Origin: Narcine bancroftii | Lineage: Eukaryota | Assembly: GCF_036971445.1 (NCBI RefSeq) | Contig: NC_091482.1 | Span: 50,592,001-50,656,000 of the forward strand | DNA length: 64,000 nt | Direction: 5' to 3' | In this document: positions 38,418 through 51,597 of the stretch, one piece after another | Numbering within the stretch: position 1 is the first letter of the stretch | Layout: each line of letters opens with the position of its first letter | Notes under the pieces: generated by a model | Seen by the model: the letters and a program-made list of their open reading frames with translations, nothing else | What the model was told of the DNA's origin: nothing | The model's database searches: none | Position numbers and translations under genes: made by a program

Positions 38418-41400
38418 TCAGGTCACTCGTCGGGGTGCTACTGGTACCATGTAACCTAGTACTTACTACCTGTTGGATGGTCAGTGACTAAACTGGCTCC
38501 CCCAGCCTGCAGGATGAAAAACAAGACCTATCAAAGGGCAGACTATCCCTCCCGTAGGGCCATCTAGCATGAAGCGCGGAAAGGGCCTCCCTTGCATCGA
38601 AGCTTGGTCTGGCCATTCACTGCAAAAGAACTTTCCCCCAGCCGTCCTGGACCTCACCATGCCACTGGATCTGGGAGGGGATGTGCAACCCCCTACTCAC
38701 CTAAAAATTCATTCACGCATTCATTCATTCTGAGGGGTGGTGTATCCTAAACACATCCAAGTCCTATAGCGATGGACAATTGGCAAAGCGGGTGGCGGGG
38801 GAGAGCGGTTGCATGTGGATTACAGAGCATAGATCTGGTGAGGCAGCATCCTCTGCAGCCCTGATTAGGGAGGCACTGTTCCCCCTACCATAAGGGAAGG
38901 GCCTAGAAGAGGTGGCTCAAACAAAGCAAACTGGCCACTCTGCCGTGACTGGCAGGCCATCCAACGCGAGCGATAAGAATTACAAGCAGAATCTGATCGT
39001 CACCTCATGAAATAAACAAACTCTATTGGACAAGGCTATTTCTGATCGCCCAGAGAGATGCACTGCATTTGTTGCTCGCGTGCTCAAGGACTACAGAGTG
39101 GACATTGCAGCTCTCCAGGAGTCTTGACTCACTGGAGAGGGTGCGCTGTGCAAAAAGAAAGACGGGTACACATTCTTCTAGTCTGGCAGGCCTGAAGGGG
39201 GAAAAAAGAGAACCTGGAGTCTGCTTGGTTATCAAGAACTGCCTCGCAGCAAAGCCACCAACCCTGCCTGTTGCTGTATTGATCGAATCCTCCAGACCAT
39301 GTGAATACCTCTGCAAGGAAAGCACCATCTCACCATGGTCAATGTCTATGCCCCAACTCCGACTAATCCCAGTGAAGTCAAGGAGGAATTTTACAGTGAG
39401 CTGAAAACCACCACCAGTAGTGTGGCAAATTGCAATAAGCTGCTGTTGCTAGGAGACTTTAATGCTTGGGTTGGCAAGAAGTCCACTGCGTGGCCTGGTG
39501 TGATCAGACGCCAAGGGATTGGCAACAGTAACAGAACGGGCTTTTGCTTCTCTCGATGTGAACAGAATTCAAACTGATACATTCTTTAGATTGCCAAACA
39601 AGCTCAAATGAACATGGATGCATCCACGATCTAAAATTGACCATGAGACATCTCTGACATTTGTATCACCAGAGTTAAGTATGGAGCTGAGTGCTCAACT
39701 GATCATCAAACCTCCATGCTGCCAAACCATCCAAAAAGCTGAACACCACCAAAATGAAGGACTGTGAGTGTGTTGATGCCTTGAAATCCTCCATGGAAAC
39801 TGTGCTCAGCAGATGGGTTGAGAATCTACCAGACAATATTATTGAGCACTGAAATGCTTTCAAAGAAACATTGTACAGCGCTGCCCAGGACACCTTGGGG
39901 AAAGTCAAGTGCAAGCATCAGGAGAACTGCACAAGATCTTCTAAGGGCTAAGGCAGTTGCACACCAACACCCAAACTAAATTTCTAAAAAACTAGCCTTT
40001 TTGGGTGCAAAATCAACTTTGCAGAGGCAGGTCAGAGCTATCAAACACCAATGGCTGGCCAACAAGGCCAAGGAATTACAAGCCTTCGCTGACTGTAATT
40101 AGTCAAGACATTTCTATGAAGCAATCAGAGGTGTGTATGGTCCATCAAAGCAAGCAACCTCAGAACTCCTGAGCAAAGACAGTACATCCACTGTACAGTA
40201 CACTGAGAAGTCAGAGCACACGAAGAGATGGCAAGGACACTTCCACAGGCTGTTGAATAGACCAGGAACTATCACCGATGAAGCACTGGACAAAGTGTAC
40301 CCGTGTCTTGTATTGTTCGAGCTAGATGCTACCCCTACACTTCCTGAGGTCATCAAAGCCATCAAACAGCTAAAACACAACAAAACACTAGGGTCTGATG
40401 GTCTTGCAGCTGCAATCTACCAGTATGGTGGTAACACACTGAAATCATGTCTGCACCAGCTGTTCACAAAGTTATGGGGAGCTGCAGAACTACCACAAGA
40501 CTTCAAAAATACATCATTCTTGACCATCATCAAGAACAAGGGAGACAAGAGAGATTGAAGCAATTATCATGGCATCTCTTTTCTGTCATTTTCAGGAAAA
40601 TGCCTCGCCAAGATCAACCTGAGATGTTTGGTGTCCAACATCCTTCCAGAAAGCCAGTGTGATTTTCGAACAGGCTTTAGTACTGTCGATATGATCTTCT
40701 CAAGAAGGCAGCTGCAAGAGAAATACGTTGAGCAGCAAAGAAGTCTCCATGTCACATTTGTTGATCTAACCAAACCGTTTGACATTGTTGGTAGAGGTGG
40801 CCTGTGGAAGCTCTTACCAAAATTCAGTTGCCCCCCCCCTCCCCATACGCCCAACCAACATCATTCGTCAGTCCCATGAAGGTATGGAAGGCCGCATCAA
40901 TATGTGTGGCGAGTTGTCAGATCCATTTCCCATCAGCAATGGCGTAAAACAGGGTTGTGTTTTGGTTCCTCTTCTGTTTGGACTATCCTTCGCTGCTGTT
41001 CTTCAGGATGCCGCCTCAGACCTGAATTTAGAAGTCTTCCTCCAAACAAGGGCTGATGGCGAGCTCCTCAACCTCGCAAGACTGAAGGCATAAACAAAAG
41101 TCAAGGACATTGTGGCGCATGAGCTACAGTTCGCTGATGACTATGCTCTCAAAGACTAACAGGAGATCCCCAGTTTCTTTGTCAGTGTTACTAAGAGGTA
41201 TGGATTGACAATCAGCCTGAAAAAGACATAAGTTCTGTACCAACCAGCCCCTGCTCAAGATACAAAGAACCAACTATCCTCATTGATGAGATCGTCTCAA
41301 TGCTGCGAACAAGTTTTGCTATTCGGGCAGCGCACAATAACCTCTTCAGCTTCTCTAGATGTGGAAATTGAGTCAAGAATCAGAAAGGCCCTGCTTTATC

Positions 41401-42072
41401 TTTGGTCAGCTGAAAGATCAAGTTTGGTCACAGAACATCAGGTTGGCCATCGTGGCAAGGTAGACAGGGCCATTGTCATTATTGGCCTTGCTCTATGGAT
41501 GTGAGATGTGGTGCCCATGCCAGTTTGACCAACTGCATCAGCGTCACCTACGTTCTCTGATGAAGATCACCTGGTAAGACAAGATCTCCAATATTGAGGT
41601 CCTTTCTCGAGCTGGAATGCCAACTGTTTCAACCTTGGTGATGTCAGTCCATCAGCACTGGGCAGGACACGTTGTCAGAATGCCTGACGGAAGACCTCTT
41701 GTACAGCCAACTGTCCAGTGGTAGCCAAAAATGAGGAGGCTGGCGCCTACGGTACAAGGACATTCTGCACAGGAGCCTCAAGAAAGCTGACATGGAAGGA
41801 TCTAGCTCAAGAACGCTCGCAGTGGAGGGCTGCCATGAGAAAAAGGTGTGGACGTTGCTGAGGAAAAACCTCAAAGAGGTGACAGAGGAAAGGCATAGAA
41901 GAGCCATAACAGAGCTTCTACCCCTGTTGCCCCTCCAGGCCTGCCAAGTATACGGCAAGCAGGGCCTGTCAAGGATCGGCCTGTACAGCCACTTCAGGAT
42001 GTACATATCAAACCACACAAACTGACTGAAAGGAACCATTATCATTCTACATGATGGAGTGCCAGAATAAGA
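38418..42072 (+). mobile_element. Near full-length, decayed RTE (BovB-like) LINE
   Basis: Long 5'UTR; APE motifs VNVYAPT and LLLLGDFNAWVG; RT motifs QCDFRTGFSTVDMIF, FVDLTKPFD, GVKQGCVL and QFADD; C-terminal CQVYG..GLSRIGLYSH; many stops and frameshifts. Degenerate TSD CTTAAGTAATATGTG / CTTAAGATGATATGTG. Confidence 0.9.
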
Positions 42073-42189
42073 CTTAAGATGATATGTGAGTGGAACAAAA
42101 AAGTTATGAATCAGTGGGCTAACCCCTATGAAACAGGTTCTGACTCTTTCATTACTTACCACTGTTCATATCAAAGATAGGCAAATATT

Positions 42190-42822
42190 TCTCAGTAGGG
42201 AACGGAGGGATCTGGGAATGCAGATATTGTACATGATTCCATGAAAGTTGAATCACAGGTAGATAGGGTTGTAATGGGAGGTTTTGACATATTCATAAAT
42301 CAAAGTATTGAGAATAGGATTTGGGATGCTATGGTAAAGTTGTGTAAGACATTGTTTTAGTCACTTTGCTACAGGGAAGATATCAATAAGTTTGAAAGAT
42401 TGTAGAGAAGATTTACTAGGATGTTTCCAGGACTTCAAGAACTGAGTTACAGGGAAAGGTTAAACAGGTATGGACTTTATTCCCTAGAGATTTGATAGAC
42501 ATATACAAAATTATGAGGGGATGAGACAGAATAAATGAACCAGTCTCTTTTCACTACGGTTAGGAGAGATACAAACCAGAAGACATGGGTTAAATGGGAA
42601 AAGTTTAGGGGGACATCTCACACTGAGAGTAGTGGGAGTGTGGAATGAGTTGCCAGCTGAAGTGGTGAATGCGGGCTCAATTTTAATATTTAAGCAAAAT
42701 TTGGACATGTGCCTGGATGGGAGGGGTACAGAAGGTTATGGACTCAGTGCGACTAGGCATGTTAATCGTTCGGGACAGACAAAATGCCTGCTTTCTGTGC
42801 TGTAATGTTCTATGGTTCTATA
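42190..42822 (+). mobile_element. CR1 LINE 3' fragment
   Basis: AGAAGATTTACTAGGATG and GTGTGGAATGAGTTGCCAG motifs; tail (TTCTATGG) ends about 10 bp from the donor of ADAMTSL3 exon 42833. Confidence 0.75.
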
Positions 42823-42832
42823 AAATCATTAC

Positions 42833-43040
42833 CTCTCCCCATGATGGACTCTCCCATGCTGCACAGGCTTGCAATAAACAATCCTCCTCAGAGGGTGGTT
42901 GGTCCTTCTCTTCTGAACAAGATGCTGGAGATAATATTCTTAAAGTCCCATTGGCTGTTAACTGCTCACATCTCACTCGGAGTCGACGGATTCCTTTCCC
43001 ACACGAGACCGAACATTCTGATGTTGTGGTTGTAACCCAC
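42833..43040 (-). CDS. ADAMTSL3: ADAMTSL3-like exon (TSP1 repeat)
   Basis: Not in the ORF track. Minus strand catccag|G...GAG|gtaat, 208 nt. Encodes WVTTTTSECSVSCGKGIRRLRVRCEQLTANGTLRILSPASCSEEKDQPPSEEDCLLQACAAWESPSWGE. Phases fit both neighbouring exons. Confidence 0.9.
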
Positions 43041-43328
43041 CTGGATGGGGACAGAAATTCATTTAATTAGGTTGATCTACATACTAAAATGATTTGGTGA
43101 AACTTAAATGGACAGGAGATGGCACTGGCTGTTTAACTACCCAGCCCAGGGTTTTCCAACCCTGAGAAAAGGACCAACATAAGTGAGACTACTGACCGAT
43201 TTTCTTGAAATTGCTCAGTACAAAATACAGGTTCAAACACATTTTTATGTGTTTGACAATTCACCTTCATTAATGTGTAAAATCTGTTCCTCACACTGAG
43301 TTATGGTAGCTTTGAGAAAAGAGGGTAT

Positions 43329-43700
43329 TGTAGCGGGATCGCTACTGCTACAGCCAGGTTACAGCTCACGGTTGTAGCTCCTGGGCTGGAGCTCAAAACT
43401 TGCAGAGGAAAGAAGACACGCATGCCGGTAGAGTGTATTTGCCATTGAGTTTATTCAGAGGCAGTTCTGCCTTTTATAGTGAGCTCGGCCGCGTCAGTAT
43501 GGGGGCGTGGCTTGAGCAGGCCGGCCACCGATTGGCCGGTTCCAGCATCCACGCCCAGATTGGGTCCCCTGGGATCCGGTGGCGGTGGTTGGCCAGTTTC
43601 ACCATTCCACAGGTGGCCTATGTAATGGATGTCTCAGCTTGTGCGGCATCTTGCCGGTCGCCGCATTAGACGGCCATTTCCGGTGTTGGCCCGGGGCGCT
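43329..43700 (-). mobile_element. LTR-like fragment
   Basis: Starts TGTAGCG; CpG-rich; minus-strand TATAAAA, AATAAA, CCAAT and GC-box; no matched TSD found. Confidence 0.45.
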
Positions 43701-44019
43701 TTGATAAACCATATTTCACCTGTGATAAAACAGGTGAACTGGAGCTTGTGGAATATAGATTGTTTGGAGGACTGACACAATATGTGATATCTGAGAATAC
43801 ACAAAATACTTCTCTTTTGATTCCGACTGTCTGATATCACTTGCTGATTCATCAGGCAAGAAAAATGATGTATTACGTTGACGTTTCACCAAGCATTGGT
43901 TTTGATGGTTAATAAAATCAGTATATCAATACAATTAACACATTTTCCAAATGACTTGGTCAACCGATAAATCGGGAATACAACACAAAGTCATAAACTA
44001 ACAAAATGAAACTGGAAAA

Positions 44020-44325
44020 AAGTAAAAGTCCTAAAATCTAGACTGGTCGGGGATTGGGTTAAACCGGATTTTCCGGATTCTCAGGCAGTACTTTTAAAAT
44101 TTAAATTTAGATTGCATTTTGTATGAAATATGTTTCAATAATAAATTAAGTACAAAAAAATAAGTATTTTTTGTTACATTTTCACGTGGTCACTTGTATC
44201 TGTGGCACTTACACATGCACGCATGCACACAAAACCCCGCTAAATTTGAAAAGTGAGAGTTTTTGTGAAGTCCGGTTTCTCGGGTGATCCTGATTTCTGG
44301 CATCTGGATTTTTGGACTTCCACTG
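44020..44325. mobile_element. Tigger-derived MITE
   Basis: AGTAAAAGTCCTAAAATC ... GGATTTTTGGACTTCCACTG|TA; ends match 47045-47671 in inverted orientation. Confidence 0.65.
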
Positions 44326-44786
44326 TAATTGCAGATGCTGAAACTCTAAATAAGGCATTCGCATCTCTCACTTTCACAACTTCACTCTGTTTTTCCCTGT
44401 TGCTGCCTGGTCTGCAGACTACTTGCAGAATTTCCTGCTTTTATACCAAGCTAAAAGTAATTGGAACATGTTTTGATCAAGGTCATTGACCTCCACAGAG
44501 TTTGAATGATCAGTTTAATATGCCCAGCATTTTCTGTTTTTGGCCCAAGCCAAAAGTACTTGAGGCTTTAAACTCTGGCCCGTGGAATTAGTAAGCGAAC
44601 ATTTCCATTCCTTGCAGCAGCTTTTTAAGCCACATGAAACCACAGGACAGCTCAATAAAGAGCAGCTCGTCGATTGCAGGTGGACGCTGGAGCCTCTGTC
44701 CAGTCCCTCCACGAGTGCCATTTGGAACCTGGCACAGAAATTCCATCTCACAACACTAAAAGATACCGGCGCAATTGAAGTGAAAC

Positions 44787-45765
44787 AGGAAGGTCTCCAG
44801 ATGCTGTGGTTGTAGATGCAATGCACAAAAGTGCTGGATAACTTCTATGATGCGCTGAGGTAGCGACAAAACTCAAAAGACTGTACCACAGGCTTTATTC
44901 AGATAAAAGTCTGAGCACTAATTCCTGCTTCGGTGGCTCCCGTGTGACTGGCTCAGGAAGGGCCAGTTCAGGTCTATATTCGGGCCGGCTGATTGACAGC
45001 CAGCCAGGTGCAGTCAGCCCCTTAGGTGTTCTTCCTGTAGGTACAGAGATCGCCCCCTGCAGTAGGCTGGTGGTCGTATCACCACAACCTCAGCAGGTCA
45101 CACATCTATAGGAAGCAATGGGATAATAACAAATGTTCTGAGACCTTCATCAAGGTAGGAGCAAAACTCAGGCAGGCAGCTGAATAAAAAAAGTGAAGGG
45201 AGGAGAGGGGAGGTGGGAAGAAGGGACGGGGAAGTGCAAATGAAATTTGGCTTTAGCATTTTTGCATGCATTTTTGGGGGGTCTTAATGCGAGTTGAGAA
45301 TTTTGATTCAAGTGGGATTTTCATTTCCTCTTGTACACTGATTTTCTGACTCCCCTGACTGAAATCAATATTTATCCCTTTAAGAGCTGCCCTTGCTGGA
45401 TTAATGCCTATGGCTGCAAGAACATGCAAAGTATCATCAAGAGTGCTGCAAAGGGAAAGCTCTCAATACTGTTAAATGAACCATGCTATTGATCTGTATG
45501 TGGCTCCGGCAGAGAGCGATGAGATTGCTTGCACTAAGATCCACCTATCACCTGCTGCCTGTTGGACTGCACTCCTTCCTCTGCCCCTCCCACCATTTTA
45601 TTTGGGCCAGGCACCTGCTGACATTTTGCTCATACCTTGATGAAGGGCTCGGGCCCAAAAAGTTGGTTCTGTGTCTTTATCTTTGCTAAGGACCCTGTTT
45701 GACCTGCTGAATTCCTCCAGCTTTTTACTTCAATCACGGTGTCTGCAGACTTACGTGTTCACACT
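44787..45765. mobile_element. Penelope-like inverted-arm remnant
   Basis: Left arm (GTCTCCAGATGCTG...GCTGGA..CAGCAGGTCA...CCTTCATCAAGG) is inverted relative to the right arm 45540-45765 (CCTTGATGAAGGGCTCGGGCCC...GACCTGCTGAATTCCTCCAGC...TGTCTGCAGAC). Confidence 0.65.
44846..45086 (-). mobile_element. Short solo LTR (241 bp)
   Basis: Termini TATGATG...CACCACA; 5-bp TSD ACTTC/ACCTC; splits a PLE arm motif. Confidence 0.6.
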
Positions 45766-47044
45766 GTTGTTTTAGCCCCATTATAAGGCCGCAAAAGGGT
45801 CAGTGTCACAAAGGTGCAAATCTCATTAAAACCTTTTAGAAAAGTCCATCAATTTAAATATTACCGACCATATTTCCTCATTCAAACTGTTCGAGATTCA
45901 AGGTTTATTGTTACGTAATGGTACAGAAGATGTAATATTACTTGAAATTGCCTTCTGCCTGCCGAAAGCCAGACAGAGTCACCATTAGTATCTTCTGGTG
46001 CCTCTTGTAGTGCGAGAGAAAGGAAAGTGAGGGAGAGTCCCTTCAGGGTTGCTGAGGGTCTGTGGATTTTCCTCCAGCCCTCCCCCAGCCGTACAGTCTC
46101 CTGTTCAATTCATCTTTTTTTTTATGTATTTCGTATTATGGCAGTTAAATTTATGGTAAAACCCAGCAATTGCAGCATGCAATGCATAACAAGATAGCTA
46201 TTGGATGGAATCCTTCAGCTATTATTTTTCCAAATACTCCCCCTGTTCTCACACACACCTCATCCATAATTAGAAAGAGCTGAGCCAGTCCTACAGCAGA
46301 GAGATCCATTTCAATTTCTGACGATACGCTTGCTTCTTTATTATTCATGCAGCACTTGTCACCCACTACACAACTGTGTTTTTGTGGTTCATCGAGAGGA
46401 CCAATGAGAAAGTGTGGCTTCAAGACTTGAGCATAAAATCTTGCACAACAGTCCAGCGGAATACTGAGGAAGAGTTGACTGGGGCTAGAAATGCCATTCG
46501 CTTGAGCTGTTAAATTGAGGTTCTGTCCCAGGGAGACAAAGGAAGGTTTTAGGACTTTATACTGTGCCTTTAAGTGACTCCAGACCAACTAATGACATTG
46601 GCTGTTAATGGTCTCGTCGGTTACTGGACCACTGATAATAAATGAAGCTGCAATGTCCAGAACATGGAGAGAAATAAAGAGAATGTCCCAGCAGCAAATC
46701 TTCTGATCATCATGTTGGTGTTTGTGAGGATCGCCATTATCTAACTGCAAGTCTTTCTTTCACCATTTATGTTCAATGGAGAGTGTCACTTATCCACATC
46801 ACTCCAGGGTCCCAGATAAGATCTTAAAACACATAAATCAACCAAAAAACGCAAAGAAATACAAGACTGCACACAAGACTGCAGATGTCAGAATTGGAGC
46901 AGTCTTAACTTTCCTCCTATCATATCCAATTAGCACCTTTTGCCCATTGGTCTGCACTTCTCCCCCTTCTATTCTTCCCCAGCTTGTAATTCACTCATAG
47001 CTTGAGGAAGGGCTCAGGCCTGAAACTTCGATAATATCTCTTCA

Positions 47045-47671
47045 CAGTAGAGGTCCAAAAATCTGGATGTCAAGAAATCCAGACCGCCCGAGAAGCTGGA
47101 CTTTTCGATAGCTCTCCACCTTTTTAAATTTAGCGGTATTTGCGAGCATGAGTGCCGCAGATCCAGAGCGGCAACCAGATATACAAATCCATGATAATGG
47201 ATCCTAAAAACAGATAAATTTTGCAGTGTGAAGAGTAAGAAGAACATGTTGAAACTGAGTGACAAGCTTGAAATAATTAAGCAACTAAAACGTGGTGTGA
47301 GCAGTACTGTTGTAACGGAAACATGCGGCATCTGAAAGTACGATATAAAAAAGGCTACTGCCGAGGTGTCCATGGAAACAGTTATTCAATTTGTGGAACA
47401 GAATCGTAGCTTCAGTCTTCAAGATTTCATACATGTGCACATGGTGCAGAAAAATCTTATCACAAACAAATGACCAAATTGTAAACAGGGTAATATATGA
47501 AAGTATTTAAAGAATGCAAAAGATGGGCCAAGCAGTTCAGGAGATGTATTTGAAGTTGCAAGTGTTCGATCCACAGACAGTGCAGCATTTATCCCTCTTT
47601 AAAATTTCTGCCCGAGAATCTGGAAAACCTAACCCAATCCCCAAGCAGTCTGGATTTTCAGACTTTTACTG
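47045..47671 (+). mobile_element. Tigger-type internally deleted transposon inserted in a PLE arm
   Basis: TIRs CAGTAGAGGTCCAAAAATC / GGATTTTCAGACTTTTACTG|TA; psq-HTH remnant KSKKNMLKLSDKLEIIKQLKRGVS. Host PLE arm spans about 46870-47765. Confidence 0.75.
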
Positions 47672-48284
47672 TACCTCCTCTGGATGCTGCAAATCCCTTC
47701 GCGTCCCTCCAGCATTTCTGTGTTTCAGTTACAATTGCAGTATCTGCAGACCTTCGCGTTTCAGTCCCGCCGCAAGTCACAACCCGATATATCATCTACG
47801 TCTTCGCCTCCCCAAATTTAGGAATTGAATCCCCTCAGCAGTTGGTTACTTGCACAGAAATGCAAGCATTGAAATAAAGTTATTAAAGTAACAATTCAAG
47901 AAGGGGAATGAACTAAGACTTACCTTCTTCTTTTCCCTTCAAAGAAAAGGACCCTCCATTCCTGAGTCTCATCTACCCTGTCGCAACAGATCACCCTGCT
48001 AAATGGCTGCCACTTCGTTCTTAGCTACTGAACATCAGGACAATGCTGGTGACCTGATGACATTAACCTTGGGGTTTCTGTATTTCTAAGTAGGAATCCT
48101 AAGCTATGTGGCACTTGCACACAGAACAAGCCAAATACCATAAGTCTCCAATGGATTGAAGGTTGGTAATGCTTGGCCATCAGATATCCACTATTTCTGG
48201 GTCATGAAATTATTTATGAACAGGAGAGATAATTTGTTATGAAAAATTCTTAAATGACATTTAATTAATTTAACCTCAAAACGT

Positions 48285-48605
48285 ATGGTGGTTGTAGGTA
48301 AATTGGGGTATTTGGGCAGTATGGGCTCATGGGGTGGAAAGGCCCGTTACCATGCTGCATGTCTAAATTAAATTATGTGGAGATACATCATGGTAACAGT
48401 CCCACGAGCCCATGCCATCCAAATAAACCCAATTAACCTACTAACCCTGTATGCCTTTGTTACGGGGGAGGAAACTGGAGCACCTGGAGGAAATCCAGGC
48501 AGACACAGGGTAGGGGGGATGGGGGCTGGAAACATACAAATTCCTTATAGACAGTTCCAGATTTGAACCTTGCACTGTAGTAGCATCAGACAATCCGCTA
48601 CCCTA
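48285..48605. mobile_element. Two V-SINE pieces tail to tail
   Basis: Plus-strand tail to about 48372 abuts a minus-strand copy at 48375-48605. Confidence 0.6.
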
Positions 48606-50574
48606 TCAGTGTTCCAAGTTCGTATAATTTGCTTCAGAATTTCGGGCCACACTGATATTTCTTGGTCTCAACCAGCACTGCATCAGAATAAAAAGAGCAT
48701 GCAGACTCCGCACTTCAGAACACTCCTGGACGTAGCAGGTAAACTCTTCACATCAAGGGGATCTCATTTGACTTGACGTTGGACAACATGCTCCATTCTG
48801 GGAGCGCGGAACTGAGAGCACCAATCGCTTTTATGCTCTCTCACCAGTTCTGGCAGCTGGACAACAAACTGCTGAGATTGAGATTGTGCAACAGCGCCCC
48901 ATTCTTCGCTCGCTTCAAGAGCTTTGACATCATTGGCAATGAAGGTCTGGCATGCAGTAATCAGGCTTTGACTTTGAGCCTTTTGTGTGGCTGCACATGA
49001 CTTTCATTGCTTTCTGCTGATTTGGGCCACCATTTGACAGCAGGAATCCAAACAGATGAGGGAAGGAGCAGCTGGTTACACAAAGAGTGTTTTGAGAGAC
49101 TAACAACCTGTGCCTTCGGGGGTTAGCAATTGTTCGAAGCTCCAGATTTTTCAAGACATTGAGCTCTTTTTTTTCTCGTACGTCTGATTTGGCTGATTAT
49201 GTTGCTGGTGTGTATTGAAACATTCGGTTTCTAATCTTGAATTCTGGGTGACAGAAACAATTTTCCAGCAATCAAAAACAGGGGAAAAACACACAGAAAT
49301 GCTGGAGGGACCCACTGGTCTTGCAACATTCTTAGGAGGTAAAGACATGTTACCACCGTTTCGGGCCCGAGCCCTTCTTCGAGGCATAAGAAGGAACAGA
49401 AAGATGTCAGGATGAAAAATGGCGGGGGGGGCGGGGGAGAGCGGATTCCATTAGAATAAAGACTGAAGAAAAGGGAATTGGGCTCCTTTTTTTTCCAAAA
49501 CCAGCGGGAAGTTGGCCAGATGAAAATATGTTTTTTGCCATCATCCGCCAATCCGCTGGAGTCTATCCACTAATTTAGAAGTTTTGGCATGATCTTGGGC
49601 CTCTGATAAACTGACAAAGGGGTCTTTTTAATATTGGAGCTCAGGCTGGAAATATTCTTTGTAGTTGTTTTGATTGCCTGATGTTTCCCAATATCAAACC
49701 ATTTCATTTTTTAGCCAATGCAAAATCAGCCAACCTTCAAATGAACAAGATTTAGTTCTGTAACAAATAAATAATCATCGTGTTTTAAAGATATTTAGAC
49801 CAGGTCTTTTAAATGTTAGATTGGACATCTGTGCAAGGCACAGAATTTTGCTTCAAATTCATTTCATCTTGCCACATTTTTCTCTGTTAATACCATTTCC
49901 AAAAAAAATGCAAGCGCTATTTTTGAACAGAAGTATCCGCTGTTATCTGTTGAAGTGTAAGGTCCTATGAAAAGTCTTGACTCACCAAGATATTTATCTG
50001 TCAGTCCATTCCACCTCTAGTCTTTGCCTCAGGTCCATAAGAGAAGCCAAGGACTTCAAAGTATATAACTTAATTTTAATGTAAACTGAACTCAGCTTTC
50101 CCCAGCTCTCAAACCTCATCAAGGTGGGTGGAGGTGAGGCTTCCTCCATGCATCTGGGGAGACTTTGCTGTCCAAGCCAAATAGCTAGGTCCCAGCGGGC
50201 TCCAGACCAGCGAGGTTTTCCTTCTGAATCTAGACTGGATGGATGAAGACAATGGGAGACCATGGACAACATGGGAACATCTAGATCTGGCTCAAGATAT
50301 AAATGGCAACATCTCAAGCTATCCTGAGGGGTGATAAGAGTAGAGAATCTCACAACATTCGAGGGGCATCTGGATGAGTAACTGAATCACCAAGTATTGA
50401 AGTTGACACACCAAGTACTCTCTCTGGTAAATTGGATGAGATTGGAAGGCTTGCACACTTCTGGCTGAATGGGCAGCATCTCTGCTTTGTGGCTCCATCT
50501 CTGGGTTATCTTGATACTTACTGAGGTTAAAATGTTTCCAAATAGCACTTGCTGGTTTTGTCCCTCCAATCCTT

Positions 50575-50913
50575 GTGTGAATGCAGCACACTGCATCTTT
50601 CAACTTCTCCAGTCGGGGAAGAGATACAGGAATATCAGAGCCAGCACCACCAGGCTGAGGAACAGCTTCTTCCCATGGGGCAGTGGGAATGCTCAGCGAT
50701 CAAAGAAACTGCCGGCACTAACCATCTGAGACGTTCATAGTCATGAAACAATATCTATTTACTTATTTATAGATGAAATAATTGTCCAGCATATGTATTG
50801 TTTGTCTGTATGTGTGTTATGTCTGGCTGTCTGTTTTCGCCGAGGACTGGAGAACGCTGTTTCGTCAGGTTGTACTTGTATAATCAGGTGACAATAAATT
50901 TGACTTGACTTGA
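50575..50913 (+). mobile_element. Rex1-type LINE 3' fragment
   Basis: IFQLLQSGKRYRNIRASTTRLRNSFFPW and a (TTGAC)n tail; similar to 5770-6216. Confidence 0.8.
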
Positions 50914-51597
50914 AACTGAAAACATTGCACACAGAAAGAAACCAGACTTTCAAGATTGTAGCACACCACAAAGCATCCACGGCCAATGAAACCTTTGAAA
51001 AGGCAATCACTGGATGTCAAGACATGGCAGCCAAGTTATGCTCAGCAAGATCCCACAACACAATTAATGACCAGATGTTATTCGAAGGATACATAATGAT
51101 TAGAGGACTGAACACATTCACCTGTTCTTCTCTCAAATGAAAGGTGTCCAGGGCATAAATCATCTGGACCATGCTGTTTCTTCCAAAGTGGCCCAAGGCA
51201 TGTTCTTTTGTGGGGAGGCCAGAGTCCAGCTTCTAACCACATGAGCTACATTTACCCCTGAATGGTTTTGACAAAACAATGTGGCCCTTCACTGGTAATT
51301 AAATAAATGAAAATGTCATAAAAAGAGCCTGAAATGTAACCTCCTGTCAGCAACTGGCTGCAGATTGGAAACCAACTCTCAGGAACAGTGACAGCCGAAT
51401 CACAGCTTCTTCTCACTGCCACCTTCGAGCAGAAGGTACTGGACCGTGAAGATCATCACCTTTATGCTCAAGAACAGTTTTATTCTGACAGCTATTATGC
51501 TCTTGAAATTCCTCTTCTAACCTAAACATTATTTACTCCAACACTGCAAAAATAACCTGTCTGCACAATTGAAATGCCGCCCTTTTTGTTGAACAAC

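Noticed and set aside
48570-49200. GC-balanced stretch with short ORFs, possible pseudogene or enhancer
   Set aside because: No recognisable protein motif or splice structure; cannot be supported without conservation data.
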